Origin: Calditrichia bacterium
Lineage (GTDB): Bacteria; Calditrichota; Calditrichia; JAJRVZ01
Assembly: GCA_963777955.1 (NCBI GenBank)
Contig: CAVZSQ010000022.1
Location: forward strand, 224,001-288,000
Direction: 5' to 3'
DNA: 64,000 bases
Positions 21,591 to 32,937 of the stretch are shown here, one piece after another. The notes under the pieces are model-generated. The model saw only the letters and a program-made list of their open reading frames with translations, searched no databases and was not told the DNA's origin. Both the position numbers and the translations under genes were made by a program. Each line of letters begins with the position of its first letter. Position 1 is the stretch's first letter.

Positions 21591-23047
21591 ATGAAGTTCT
21601 TTTTATATAAATATACAGGCCTGGCAGTTGTATTGATATTATTGCCTTCCTGTACCAGCAGGCAGGGGCAGCAGGAAATTGTGGGTAAGGTAAATGATCG
21701 TCAAATTACCCTGCAGGAATTCCGTACTTTTTATGAATTGGATCCGAATTTTGCTGTTGATTCTACAGGACCCGGGGCATTGGTCGATGAGTTGAATAAG
21801 TACATCGATCAGATCCTGGCCTATGACCGTGCTGTGAAAATGGATTTAATAAATGATCCTGGCTTTATCAAAGGACGTGATTGGGAAATGCGCCAGGCCA
21901 TGCTGCGGGAATTGTACCGCCAGCAGGTTCAAGGACAGATACAAGTGGATGATCAGGAACTGCGCGAAGAATTTTTAAAAGGGATGTCACAGGTGCATGT
22001 ACGCCAGTTATTCAGCAGGGATATAAATCAGGCTGCACAATGGTATACTCAACTTGGCGAAGGGGTTTCATTCCAGGAACTGGCCAGGGAGGCCTTCCAC
22101 GACTCGGTTCTGGCTGCCAATGGAGGCGATCTGGGTTGGGTATCGCTGAATTCTCTGGATGATGATTTCGGTAAGGCGATTCTTAATTTAAAACAGTATG
22201 AGATATCAAAACCGGTACAAACCCGCTGGGGTTATCATATTATTCAGTTGCTGGACCGGCGTGATCAGGTGATACTTGCGGAGACAGAATTTCAACGTCA
22301 GCGGCCATTGCTGGAAAAGAAAATCAGGCAAAGACAGAGTCGGCAATTGTCCAGTCAATTTATTGCGGACTATATTGGTAAATATAATCCACAACCTGAT
22401 CCCGCCATGTTCAGGTTTCTATGGCAGCAGGTGGTTCCTTTATCGCAGCAGGAAAATAAAATTCTGCCAATGGCCGTTGAACTCAACGATGATTTGATCC
22501 GCCGTATCCAGCAAAATTACAGTGATTATCTGAACAAAAAGCTGATTAACTATAACGATGGCAGTTTCTCGCTTGCTGCATACTTTGCCGCTGTCCGGCA
22601 GATGCCCTACGGGAACCGGCCCCGCTTTACTTCGGCCGGGCAATTAGCAAATCAGACTGGGTAACTGGGTTCGTGATGAATTATTGCTAGGACGAAGCAA
22701 AAAAACGGAATCTTGACCGTAATCCACGGGTGCTGGCGGAAGTACGGTCGATCCTGGAGCAACAGTTTTACGATCTGTTTGTGGAGCAGGAGATCATGAG
22801 TATGCTGATCCCGGATTCCATACAGGCGTATTTTAAGTTCAGCAGCCGGGCTCGCAACGGAATGCAAAAAACCTTTTCCCGTTTTCATACTCTGCAGGAA
22901 TGGTGCCGGGTGGCAGCGGAAAAAAACCTTCAAAATACCTTACGCACCCGGCAAACCCGGGTGTGGATCGATCGTGACAAAATATGGCAGGAAGCAGGCA
23001 ACATTAACTGGGATCGTCATATCCGCATGTTTATGGTCCGGCGTTAG
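21591..23047 (+). CDS. Parvulin (PpiC)-type peptidyl-prolyl isomerase lipoprotein, PrsA/SurA-like (two frameshifts at 22650-22700)
   Basis: Lipobox LPSC; SFQELARE..NGGDLGW..EISKPVQTRWGYHII; C-terminus continues in ORF 22730-23047. Confidence 0.8.
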
Positions 23048-23066
23048 AAATGAATTAATAAATCGC

Positions 23067-23095
23067 TTGACATTCAGCGAATAAGATCATATATT
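23067..23095 (+). promoter_or_regulatory. Sigma70-type promoter of the lacI-family gene
   Basis: TTGACA (23067-72), 17-bp spacer, TATATT (23090-95). Confidence 0.8.
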
Positions 23096-23108
23096 TTTTC
23101 ACATTCCA

Positions 23109-23122
23109 GTTAAACGTTTAAC
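23109..23122. promoter_or_regulatory. Candidate LacI-family operator O1
   Basis: Perfect palindrome GTTAAACGTTTAAC with central CG, between the promoter and the regulator start codon. Confidence 0.8.
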
Positions 23123-23137
23123 CTAAATCAGGCCTTC

Positions 23138-24193
23138 ATGCCCTTAACTATCAAAGATGTTGCTAAAAAAGCCCGTGTATCGATTGCCACTGTCTCGCTG
23201 GTCCTGCAAAACAATCAACGGATCTCGCCAGCCACGCGACAACGGGTATTGCGGATAGTCGAAAAATTGAATTACCGGCCTTCGCGTATGGCCCGCAGCC
23301 TGGTGATGCAGCAGTCGCATAATATCGGTTTTGTACTAACCGATGATCATTTCCTGCGTACCGAGCCATTCTACACCCATATTTTCCTGGGATGTGAGTT
23401 TGAATCACGCGAGCATGAATATTATATATTATTGCACACCATCCCGCGTAAATATGAAAAAAGTAAGGATTTGCCCCGGTTCATCCAGGAACATAATGTT
23501 GATGGTGTAATCATCGCCGGGAAAGTACCCCAGGAGATAATTGACTATATCGGACTAAATAAATTGCCAATTGTTTTTGTCGACTATTGTCCGACCAAAG
23601 GAGAGTATTCTGCCGTTTTAATTGATAATATTGAAGGGGGTATGGAAGCCACGGCCTATCTGATTGAGCACGGTCACCAAAAAATTGCCTTTATCGGCGG
23701 GGATTTACAGCACCCCAGTATACAGGGCCGGTTTCAGGGGTATAAATTAGCCCTCGAACAAAATAAAGTCAGTTTTAATCAAAAATATGTTGTAACCAGT
23801 GAGGCTGATACCACGCGGGAAACGGGTTATAATGCCACCCGCTCGCTCCTGAGCCATAGCAGTCAGATATCTGCTATTTTTTCCTGTAATGATGCCATGG
23901 CCATCGGGGCAATGCAGTATATTGAGGATCAGGGATTACGCGTACCCGAAGATATCTCGATAATAGGTTTTGATAATGTCGATGCGGCAGTTTATACCGA
24001 TCCGCCTCTGACCACCATACAGGTGCCAAAGGAGGAATTGGGAATTGAAGCCATGCGCTTAATGGTAGACATATTAAACAAGCGTATTAAATCCACCAAG
24101 AAAATTCTGGTGCCGGTGGAGATTATTAAACGCGAATCAGTTAAGATGCTCAGAAAGAATAGTAATATGTTTAAACGATTAACCCAAAATTAA
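23138..24193 (+). CDS. LacI-family transcriptional regulator
   Basis: TIKDVAKKARVSIATVS HTH, YRPSRMARSL hinge, NDAMAIG, VPEDISIIGFD, PPLTT. Confidence 0.95.
   Translation: MPLTIKDVAKKARVSIATVSLVLQNNQRISPATRQRVLRIVEKLNYRPSRMARSLVMQQSHNIGFVLTDDHFLRTEPFYTHIFLGCEFESREHEYYILLHTIPRKYEKSKDLPRFIQEHNVDGVIIAGKVPQEIIDYIGLNKLPIVFVDYCPTKGEYSAVLIDNIEGGMEATAYLIEHGHQKIAFIGGDLQHPSIQGRFQGYKLALEQNKVSFNQKYVVTSEADTTRETGYNATRSLLSHSSQISAIFSCNDAMAIGAMQYIEDQGLRVPEDISIIGFDNVDAAVYTDPPLTTIQVPKEELGIEAMRLMVDILNKRIKSTKKILVPVEIIKRESVKMLRKNSNMFKRLTQN
24170..24183. promoter_or_regulatory. Candidate LacI operator O2, inside the 3' end of lacI
   Basis: TTTAAACGATTAAC, 12/14 match to O1, about 60 bp upstream of the next gene. 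Confidence 0.65.
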
Positions 24194-24243
24194 ATTAATA
24201 CAGTTAAAAAAATTAACACTATCAAACAAATCAAGGAGGAAGT

Positions 24244-26779
24244 ATGATGAAGAATTACGGGCATTTACTTTTATTAATTATTTTAACATTTACTTTGACT
24301 GCCCTGTTGCCGGCACAGACGAATTTATTAACCAACGGTGATTTTGAGACGCAGACGGTCAATTTTTGGAACAAGTTGAATGATGGCTTGGGCGGAGCGG
24401 CTTTGACCTGGACAACGGACGAGGCGGCGAACAGTCCGTGGGGAATTAATCAGAAGAGTTTACGTTCGCTGAAGGTTGAGAAGGGGAGCGCCACGGCAGA
24501 TATGGTTGGCTGGCTGAGCGTGAACAATGCGGATTTGTACTGGAACAATGCCGGCGGTGGTGATTTATACAATCTAACCTTTGCGGCCAAGACACAGGGG
24601 GTTAATACCAGTCCGGCCACGGATGATGCCAAGATTGGAGTATGGTATAAATATTATGCGGGTGGTATCCTGATCAGTGAGCAGTTTGTGGAAGTGGATC
24701 AGACCACAGCGGATAAGGATTGGACGAATTACACGGGTGGAGTGACGGTAAGTACAGAGCCGGATAGTGTGCTAGTGATAGCGGTGATGGGCAAGGATGC
24801 GACGGGGACGGTATGGTTTGACAATCTTGATTGCAACACGAATTCGACCTGGACGATGGGCGTATTTGGTGGTGATGCGGAAGCGCCGGTAAGTTGGATG
24901 TTCTGGAAGGAATCGGGTCACTGGAATTACTGCGATCTGACCGCGGATACAGGTGCGTACAGCGGCAGTTATGATATTTTGTTATATGAGCCGGACAACA
25001 ATAGTGATGAGATGGTATATTACAGTGAGCCGGTAGCGGCCAAACCGGACACCTGGTACAAGTTAGGGGTCTGGGTGCAGACGGACAGTGTGGATACCAA
25101 CAGTCAGTGGATCGCGTCGAATGCTGTCCCGAATTATGTAGATGATCGTGCTGGTGTATGTTTCTTTTTCCACAAGGCCCCGATTTACGGGAACTGGGAT
25201 TTGACCGGCGGGGATCAATTTTTCTATATCGATCAACGTGATGTACAGACGGGTTGGACGCATTATACGGTAGTGGCCTTGGCGCCGAGTGATGCGGCAG
25301 GATTGAGTGTCCGGGCCCGTTTCAATTCGTTTACAACCGGTTATGCCTGGTATGATGACTTCACCGTCGAAGAAATAGATCCCAATGATAATATTTTAGC
25401 CAACGGTGATTTTGAGACGCAGACGGTCAATTTTTGGAACAAGTTGAATGATGGCTTGGGCGGAGCGGCTTTGACCTGGACAACGGACGAGGCGGCGAAC
25501 AGTCCGTGGGGAATTAATCAGAAGAGTTTACGTTCGCTGAAGGTTGAGAAGGGGAGCGCCACGGCAGATATGGTTGGCTGGCTGAGCGTGAACAATGCGG
25601 ATTTGTACTGGAACAATGCCGGCGGTGGTGATTTATACAATCTGACCTTTGCAGCCAAGACACAGGGGGTTAATACCAGTCCGGCCACGGATGATGCCAA
25701 GATCGGAGTATGGTATAAATATTATGCGGGTGGTATCCTGATCAGTGAGCAGTTTGTGGAAGTGGATCAGACCACAGCGGATAAGGATTGGACGAATTAC
25801 ACGGGTGGAGTGACGGTAAGTACAGAGCCGGATAGTGTGCTAGTGATAGCGGTGATGGGCAAGGATGCGACGGGGACGGTATGGTTTGACAATCTTGATT
25901 GCAACACGAATTCGACTTGGACGATGGGCGTATTTGGTGGTGATGCGGAAGCGCCGGTAAGTTGGATGTTCTGGAAGGAATCGGGTCACTGGAATTACTG
26001 CGATCTGACCATGGATGAAACGGCCCATAGCGGCAGTTATGATATTTTGTTATATGAGCCGGACAACAATAGTGATGAGATGGTATATTACAGTGAGCCG
26101 GTAGCGGCCAAACCGGACACCTGGTACAAGTTAGGGGTCTGGGTGCAGACGGACAGTGTGGATACCAACAGTCAGTGGATCGCGTCGAATGCTGTCCCGA
26201 ATTATGTAGATGATCGTGCTGGTGTATGTTTCTTTTTCCACAAGGCCCCGATTTACGGGAACTGGGATTTGACCGGCGGGGATCAATTTTTCTATATCGA
26301 TCAACGTGATGTACAGACGGGTTGGACGCATTATACGGTAGTGGCCTTGGCGCCGAGTGATGCGGCAGGATTGAGTGTCCGGGCCCGTTTCAATTCGTTT
26401 ACAACCGGTTATGCCTGGTATGATGACTTCACCGTCGAGGAAATTGAAATGGTCGTCACCAGTATCGAAGATCATCCTACACCAACGGCGATAATCAGCA
26501 CCGATTTTCAATTAGCTGAATAATTATCCCAATCCCTTTAATCCACAAACGATAATTGAATTCAAGGTTCCACAAACCGGTTCAGTAATCCTGAACATCT
26601 ACAATTCACTAGGCCAGAGGATTCGTACGCTGGTTAACGAGATTAAACCGGTCGGAACCTATCAGGTTCTCTGGGATGGACGTGATGATTTTGGCCAGGT
26701 GGTCGCTTCCGGTATTTATCTGTATCAACTACGCGGCGAAAATGCTTTAATCACGAAAAAAATGACTTTTCTTAAGTAA
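24244..26779 (+). CDS. Secreted non-catalytic carbohydrate-binding-module-like repeat protein with T9SS CTD (+1 frameshift near 26518)
   Basis: AAGGAGG RBS and signal peptide. Four beta-sandwich-like units (NLLTNGDFE..WFDNL and GGDAE..WYDDF, each twice). NYPNPFNP..KKMTFLK* continues in the +1 frame to 26779. Confidence 0.8.
24332..26438 (+). repeat. Intragenic tandem duplication, period 1068 bp (356 aa)
   Basis: 24332-25370 and 25400-26438 are nearly identical. I saw four synonymous changes and one divergent patch (TADTGAYS vs TMDETAHS). Confidence 0.97.
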
Positions 26780-26798
26780 ATACTGTTAATTTGTACTG

Positions 26799-26840
26799 TA
26801 TGGGTAGAGAGAAAATCTCTACCCATATATTTAATTTATT
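26799..26840 (+). terminator. Stem-loop or terminator after the CBM-repeat gene
   Basis: TATGGGTAGAGA-GAAAA-TCTCTACCCATA followed by an AT-rich tract. Confidence 0.7.
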
Positions 26841-26971
26841 TATACCATTTCGTATTACTTGTACCTGGTCACGCTCGATGGTAAATCACCATTGTCGGGT
26901 AAAGTAGTTAAAATTGAAAGACTGAAAAGATTTAAAGTACTATTTCTTGTAAAACTGCCGGAGGTCGCAGC

Positions 26972-29668
26972 ATGGTTTCCTCAGTCAGTATTAAAATAAT
27001 CAGTTTATTACTTCTCCTGTTCTTACCATTAGCCCTGAATGCAGGGACAACCGGAAAGATCGCCGGTAAAGTGGTGGATGCTAAAACCGCTGAATCCATA
27101 CCCGGAGTCAACGTATTTATTGAAAATACAGTCATGGGAGCGGCCACCGACGTCGAGGGGAATTATTTTATCATCGGTATCCCGCCTGGTGAATATACTC
27201 TTGTTGCCGGTTATATCGGATACCGCGACCATAAAATCAACAAGGTCGGTGTTAATGTGGATAAAACCACCACAATAAATATTGAAATGCAATCCACGAC
27301 ACTGGAGTTAGGGGAATCGATCGAAATTACTGCTGAACGTCCTCTGGTACGAAAAGATCTGACCTCAACCGAATCGACGGTTGACCGCGAATTGCTGGAA
27401 ATGTTACCGGTCGAATCACTGAGTGGCGTGGTCAATTTGCAGGCGGGGGTAGTGGAAGGGCATTTCCGGGGCGGTCGGTTTGATGAAGTACTGTATATGG
27501 TCAATGGAGTGTCAGTAAATGATGTCTACAACGGTACCAGTGCTATAGAAATTGAGAATAACTCGATCCAGGAAGTAAATGTAATCAGCGGTACTTTTAA
27601 TGCCGAATATGGCCAGGCTATGTCGGGAGTGGTCAATGTGGTAACCCGGGATGGCGGTGAAAAATATGAAGGCAGCTTATCTGCCTATGCCGGTAATTAT
27701 TTTACCGGCCATGATGAAATCTTCTGGAATCCTGCAGGTATCAATCCCGATATGAATGTTCAGGGTACGCTGAGCGGACCAGTACCATTTCTTGGTCCGA
27801 AGTTCGCCTTCTTTGCCAGCGGCCGAATGGTATTTGCTAACGGTTATATTTACGGTAAAGATGTTTTTGAACCAAGCGATCATACCACCGATTTTTTGCT
27901 GGTCGATAATCCGCAAGACAGACAGTTTATGAGCCATGGTCAGATGTACTCCTACAGTGATTCACTGGCTCAAAAGATGATTGACCAGGCCGATGCCGTT
28001 TCCATGAACAGTTCGGAACACTATACCGTCGATCTGAGAGTAACCTATAAACCTTTCCCCCGGGATAAAATTAATCTTGAAAGTATCTATCAAAATCAAA
28101 ACTGGAATTCTTACGAGCATGAATTCCGGTTAAATCCGGCCGGTACCTACAATTATCACCAGTGGGGGACAACTGATATTCTAAGTTGGAATCATGTTTA
28201 TTCAGCCAGCACCTTTAGTGATGTGAATCTATCCTATTTTTACACCGACTTTAAACAGTATGTTTATAAAGATCTGTATGATAGCCATTATGTACTCAAG
28301 ACCCGTTTACAGGATACCGGGGCTAATGCCTTCAACAGCGGCGGACAGAACATGTGGCAATTCCGCAGGAACACTACTACTTATCTGGGTAAAGGAGACC
28401 TGACCAGTCAGATTACCCGTAATCATCAAATCAAGATAGGACTGGAGGGACGACAGCATCGGTTGCGAATGACCGAGTTTGAAGTCATTCCGGAGAGCGT
28501 GGAACGGATCGCCCCGTTGTCCAGTGTACAAAATAATACCTATGAACATCAACCGCTGGAGTTGTCAGGCTACATCCAGGATAAAATGGAGTTTGAAGAT
28601 CTGGTTATCAATGCCGGAATACGTATGGACTATTTTAATCCGGATGGAGAAGTTCCAATTGATTTTTCACGACCCGGCCAATCGTTACGGCATAAGGCTA
28701 ACAGCAGCAAACAACTGAGTCCTCGCCTGGGTCTGGCGTATCCGATATCGGCCACCGGGGTTGTACATGCTTCTTATGGTCATTTTTTTCAAACCCCTTC
28801 ATTTTTCTATCTGTATGCAAATCCTGAATTTGATATCGATCCTTTACAGAGTTCCGTTTCACCGCCGCCGCAATCGGTGCGGAACACTATCGGCAATGCG
28901 GAACTCAAACCACAGCGAACCACTATCTACGAATTAGGATTACAGCAGCAGATAAGCATGCTGTATGGTTTATCACTTACGGTATTTTTTAAAGATATAA
29001 GAAATCTGCTGGGAACCGAGGTTCACCGAACCCTGGAAGGAATCCGCTACGGCCGTTATATCAACCGGGATTACGGCTATATCCGCGGGATCACCCTGGA
29101 ATTTGAACGAAGATATTCCGGGGGTATCGCTGCTTCCATTGACTATACTTTTCAGGTAGCCAAGGGAAATGCTTCCGATCCTAATAATGCATTTCTGGAT
29201 GCGGAAGGAGACCGCGAGACGGAAAAACAGGTGGTGCCGCTGGACTGGGACCGGCGCCATCAGATTAATGCTTCGTTCAATCTGGGGCGTCCGCAGAATT
29301 ACCTGTGCAGCGTGGTGATGAGATACGGTACCGGTTTTCCCTATACTCCGTCTTCACGGGTGGTACAACCACTGCTGGAAAATGGTGGCCGTAAACCTGC
29401 TATCTTGACTATTGATCTCTATCTGACCAAAGATCTTCGCCTGTTCCAGCAATACGTTACGTTATTTGTACGAGCCTACAACATATTAGATCGGCTGAAT
29501 GAGCGTGATGTCTTCTCCGATACAGGTCGCTCCGGCTATTCAACCGAACCATTGTACTTTGGCGGCGAACAACCCAGGGGTATCAACAGTGTCGAACAAT
29601 TCTATCTGCGGCCTGATTTTTATTATGAACCGCGACTCATTCAACTTGGCTTTGAATTAAAATTTTAA
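26972..29668 (+). CDS. TonB-dependent receptor with carboxypeptidase-regulatory-like domain
   Basis: GTTGKIAGKVVDAKT, HFRGGRFDEV, GTFNAEYGQAMSG, LSPRLGLAYPI, GNAELKPQRT, terminal F. Confidence 0.92.
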   Translation: MVSSVSIKIISLLLLLFLPLALNAGTTGKIAGKVVDAKTAESIPGVNVFIENTVMGAATDVEGNYFIIGIPPGEYTLVAGYIGYRDHKINKVGVNVDKTTTINIEMQSTTLELGESIEITAERPLVRKDLTSTESTVDRELLEMLPVESLSGVVNLQAGVVEGHFRGGRFDEVLYMVNGVSVNDVYNGTSAIEIENNSIQEVNVISGTFNAEYGQAMSGVVNVVTRDGGEKYEGSLSAYAGNYFTGHDEIFWNPAGINPDMNVQGTLSGPVPFLGPKFAFFASGRMVFANGYIYGKDVFEPSDHTTDFLLVDNPQDRQFMSHGQMYSYSDSLAQKMIDQADAVSMNSSEHYTVDLRVTYKPFPRDKINLESIYQNQNWNSYEHEFRLNPAGTYNYHQWGTTDILSWNHVYSASTFSDVNLSYFYTDFKQYVYKDLYDSHYVLKTRLQDTGANAFNSGGQNMWQFRRNTTTYLGKGDLTSQITRNHQIKIGLEGRQHRLRMTEFEVIPESVERIAPLSSVQNNTYEHQPLELSGYIQDKMEFEDLVINAGIRMDYFNPDGEVPIDFSRPGQSLRHKANSSKQLSPRLGLAYPISATGVVHASYGHFFQTPSFFYLYANPEFDIDPLQSSVSPPPQSVRNTIGNAELKPQRTTIYELGLQQQISMLYGLSLTVFFKDIRNLLGTEVHRTLEGIRYGRYINRDYGYIRGITLEFERRYSGGIAASIDYTFQVAKGNASDPNNAFLDAEGDRETEKQVVPLDWDRRHQINASFNLGRPQNYLCSVVMRYGTGFPYTPSSRVVQPLLENGGRKPAILTIDLYLTKDLRLFQQYVTLFVRAYNILDRLNERDVFSDTGRSGYSTEPLYFGGEQPRGINSVEQFYLRPDFYYEPRLIQLGFELKF

Positions 29669-29681
29669 GAATAGATGCACT

Positions 29682-32600
29682 ATGAAAAAATCAGTCATTA
29701 TCCAGTTAACGTTTTGTCTCCTTTGGACGGTTTTGACCCCGGCTTTCGCTCAACGACAGCCGGATCCGAATGTGGGCAATGAGAAATTACGCCGGCAAGG
29801 AACCATGGATGGAAACCTGGTGCGAACGGTGTTTATCAACTGGGGTGAGATTGCCCACTGGCCTGATTCACCATCCGGTGAATGGCCGAAGGGTACCGGC
29901 CACCAATACGTGGACGGCGTAGCCCTGGTGGTGCAGGCCCGGACCCGGGATACATCCGGGAATCCAATATATCCTCTGGAAACTCAGTACCGTGAATTTG
30001 TTGATCGCGGTCCACAGGATCAATTGTGGGGCTGGGCTCCCCTACCGGGTTATTTTAATCCGCAGGGTGATAAACCGGCAATTACCACTGATCCCACATC
30101 CTGGCCTGATCACTGGCCGGATAAAGCAGATGGTTGGATCAATCCCAATGAAATCCGCAATGATTTCGATGATGATGGCAACGGCCTGATCGATGATGTG
30201 GTATACTGGAACGGTTTTTTTGGCAAAGGTGTTTTCAATGCCGATGTGGAAACCTATTTCGTCTTTGATGATGATCCGGATGAAGAATGGGCCTTCTATC
30301 CCGATCCGTTTGACTCTACCCGCCGCGGTCTGGGTTTGGAAGTAGCCTCCCGTCTGTTTCAATGGTCTCAGGTTCTGGCTGAGGATGTCATCTTCTCCGT
30401 TTATTTCATCACCAATGAAGGTAAAACAGATTACGACAGCACTTATTATTGTTTCTATATTGATTGGGGAGTTGGAGGTACTGACGATTCTTCGGATGAC
30501 ACGGGAGATTACAACACACTGCTTGATATTGCCTGGGCCTGGGATTATGATGGATATGGTACCCCTGGTAACTGGAACCCGGTTGGTGTGGCCGGATTCG
30601 CCTTTTTGGAAAGCCCGGGTATCTATGATGATCTGGCTGATAATGATACTGATGGCCTGATTGATGAAACGAGAACCTCTGCAGGCCCCGGTGCATTTCT
30701 GGATACCGAACCATATGGTGTCGATGATAGAACGGATTTTGTCAATTATTATCATCGTGAACCTGCAGCCCATTGGGAATCTGATGAGGATGGTGACTGG
30801 CAGGGATATACCGATGTTGATCTGAATAATCAGTGGGATGAAGGTGAACCGTTGAATGATGATGTCGGTGAGGACGGTCTTAATCCTAACGATTTTGGAT
30901 ATCCGGGACCAGACCTGGGTGAAGGTGATGGGATGCCTACTGCCGGCGAACCTAATTATGATTTTCTGGATAAGGATGAAGCCGATCAGATCGGTTTAAC
31001 CGGTTTCCGGATTTTCCCGGTACATACCTACGAATTATGGAATGAAGAGCAGAACTGGGGCGTTTTTCGCTCGGCTCCGCCGCCGCACAGCCAGCAGGTA
31101 ACGGCTAATCTGGGTATGTTCTTTTCATCCGGACCATTTCCGTTAAAAGCAGGCGATACCCAGAATTACTCGATGGCTTTATTGTTCGGGGAAGATGAAA
31201 ATGATCTGGTGCTGACGAAGAATACGATCCAGCAGATTTACAATGCCGATTACCGCTTTGCCAAGCCTCCGGATAAACCCCGTTTATTATCGGTGCTGCC
31301 CGGAGATGGGCAGGTAACCCTGGTCTGGGATGCCCGGGCTGAAAAATCCTGGGATCCGTTTTTACAGGAATACGATTTTGAGGGGTACCGCCTTTATCGC
31401 AGTACCGAACCGGAGTTTCTGGATACCCGTCTGATCACCGATGCCTATGGCCGGCTGGTTTTCCGCAAACCGTTGGTGGAATTTGATCTGAAGAACGGGA
31501 TTCAGGGTCTTCATCCTGTCGATCTGCAGGGTGCTAATTTTGACATGGGCACCGATAACGGATTGCAACATCACTATGTGGATAAAAATGTCAAGAACGG
31601 ACAGACCTATTACTATGCGATCGTGAGTTATGATCACGGTTTGGTCGATACCAGTGCCACCGGCGGTCTGAGCGGTATTCCACCCAGCGAATGTACGAGT
31701 AAGATTGAACAGGATCTGGCCGGCAATATACTGACTGATATTAATACTACCAGGGTAATCCCGGCAGCACCAGCTGCTGGATTCGTTGGTCCTGAATATA
31801 ATGACTACAAACGGGAAACAATAGGAACGGGGGATGTCCAGATTGAATTTTTATTCCCCGATTCGGTGCTGAACGGTCATACTTATGCCATCGAATTTGG
31901 TGATACCACCTATTTACACCATACTGGGAATCCGTATTATCTCATTTATGATATCACGGGTGATCCGAAAATTGCCAGAACCGATACGATCTGGATTGCT
32001 GAGCTTTCACAATCACCGCTGGTCGATGGTTTTTTGGTCAAGATCGAAAATAACCAATCTGAATTTGTACTGGAAGAAAGTGGCTGGGTGATAGGGAACA
32101 GCACCTACCGCTGGCGGGTCAATCTGGATAAGGATTTTGCCGGTACGCTGAATCTTAATATCAACTATCCGGCTGATTTTGAATTTTATTTTGCAGAGAC
32201 CATTGTCGATACAGCGGAAAATAAACTGGCTTACCCACCACGGGTTGCCACTAAATTCAGGGTTCAGAATATTACTGAAAATATTAATGCTCATTTTCAA
32301 TTCAAGGAATTTTACACAGTCGATTCGACTCTGAGTCCTTATCTGCCCTGGCAGAATCCGGATTCTATCGAAGCAGCACTTATCTGGGTAGATGATCCGG
32401 ATCCCCAAAATCCATTAAAGTTACGTACCACCTGGCGGCTCTATTTTGAAGCAGATGGCACCGCAGGTCAGATTCCGCCAGCCGCGGGCGATATTTTTCG
32501 TATTGCAACCCGCAAACCATTTCGTACGGGTGATCGGGTCACCTTCACTGTCAGTGGCAAAAGATTTGACCTGCAGAAGGCCAAGGTGGATCTGGATAAA

Positions 32601-32906
32601 ATCGCCGTAGTGCCCAATCCCTATGTTGCAGCAGCAGCATGGGAACCAAGTTCACCCTTCCGAACGGGTCGCGGTGAACGACGAATCTATTTCACCAATT
32701 TACCACCGGCATGCACCATACGCATCTATACCATCAGCGGATATCTGGTCGATACAATTGAACATAAAGAGACGATCGAGAATGGATCTGAATCCTGGAA
32801 TTTACTTTCCAGGGACGGACAGGATATTGCTTATGGGATATATCTTTATCATGTGCAGGCGCCGGGTATAGGTGAAAAGATTGGTAAATTCGCTTTGATC
32901 AAATAA
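29682..32906 (+). CDS. Large secreted TBDR-partner protein with Asp-rich Ca-binding-like motifs, FN3-like segment and 'VVPNPY' CTD
   Basis: Sec signal; DDDGNGLIDD and DNDTDGLIDE; FEGYRLYRS..YYYAIVSYD; DKIAVVPNPY..FTNLP..IRIYTISG..WNL..AYGIYLYHV..GKFALIK. Confidence 0.82.
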   Translation: MKKSVIIQLTFCLLWTVLTPAFAQRQPDPNVGNEKLRRQGTMDGNLVRTVFINWGEIAHWPDSPSGEWPKGTGHQYVDGVALVVQARTRDTSGNPIYPLETQYREFVDRGPQDQLWGWAPLPGYFNPQGDKPAITTDPTSWPDHWPDKADGWINPNEIRNDFDDDGNGLIDDVVYWNGFFGKGVFNADVETYFVFDDDPDEEWAFYPDPFDSTRRGLGLEVASRLFQWSQVLAEDVIFSVYFITNEGKTDYDSTYYCFYIDWGVGGTDDSSDDTGDYNTLLDIAWAWDYDGYGTPGNWNPVGVAGFAFLESPGIYDDLADNDTDGLIDETRTSAGPGAFLDTEPYGVDDRTDFVNYYHREPAAHWESDEDGDWQGYTDVDLNNQWDEGEPLNDDVGEDGLNPNDFGYPGPDLGEGDGMPTAGEPNYDFLDKDEADQIGLTGFRIFPVHTYELWNEEQNWGVFRSAPPPHSQQVTANLGMFFSSGPFPLKAGDTQNYSMALLFGEDENDLVLTKNTIQQIYNADYRFAKPPDKPRLLSVLPGDGQVTLVWDARAEKSWDPFLQEYDFEGYRLYRSTEPEFLDTRLITDAYGRLVFRKPLVEFDLKNGIQGLHPVDLQGANFDMGTDNGLQHHYVDKNVKNGQTYYYAIVSYDHGLVDTSATGGLSGIPPSECTSKIEQDLAGNILTDINTTRVIPAAPAAGFVGPEYNDYKRETIGTGDVQIEFLFPDSVLNGHTYAIEFGDTTYLHHTGNPYYLIYDITGDPKIARTDTIWIAELSQSPLVDGFLVKIENNQSEFVLEESGWVIGNSTYRWRVNLDKDFAGTLNLNINYPADFEFYFAETIVDTAENKLAYPPRVATKFRVQNITENINAHFQFKEFYTVDSTLSPYLPWQNPDSIEAALIWVDDPDPQNPLKLRTTWRLYFEADGTAGQIPPAAGDIFRIATRKPFRTGDRVTFTVSGKRFDLQKAKVDLDKIAVVPNPYVAAAAWEPSSPFRTGRGERRIYFTNLPPACTIRIYTISGYLVDTIEHKETIENGSESWNLLSRDGQDIAYGIYLYHVQAPGIGEKIGKFALIK

Positions 32907-32937
32907 GAAATAAGTTCAAACAGGCAGGATACAGGCC

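Noticed and set aside
24332..26438. Long direct repeat as mobile-element ends or a CRISPR array
   Set aside because: It is an in-frame coding duplication with no spacers, no transposase and no cas genes.
24244..26779. Template/variable repeat pair of a diversity-generating retroelement
   Set aside because: No reverse transcriptase in the window, both copies are coding, and the differences are not restricted to adenines.
30042..30773. 243-aa antisense ORF, and similar ones such as 14733-15491, 6847-7359 and 34125-34682
   Set aside because: They are shadows of well-supported plus-strand genes and show no recognisable motifs or RBS.
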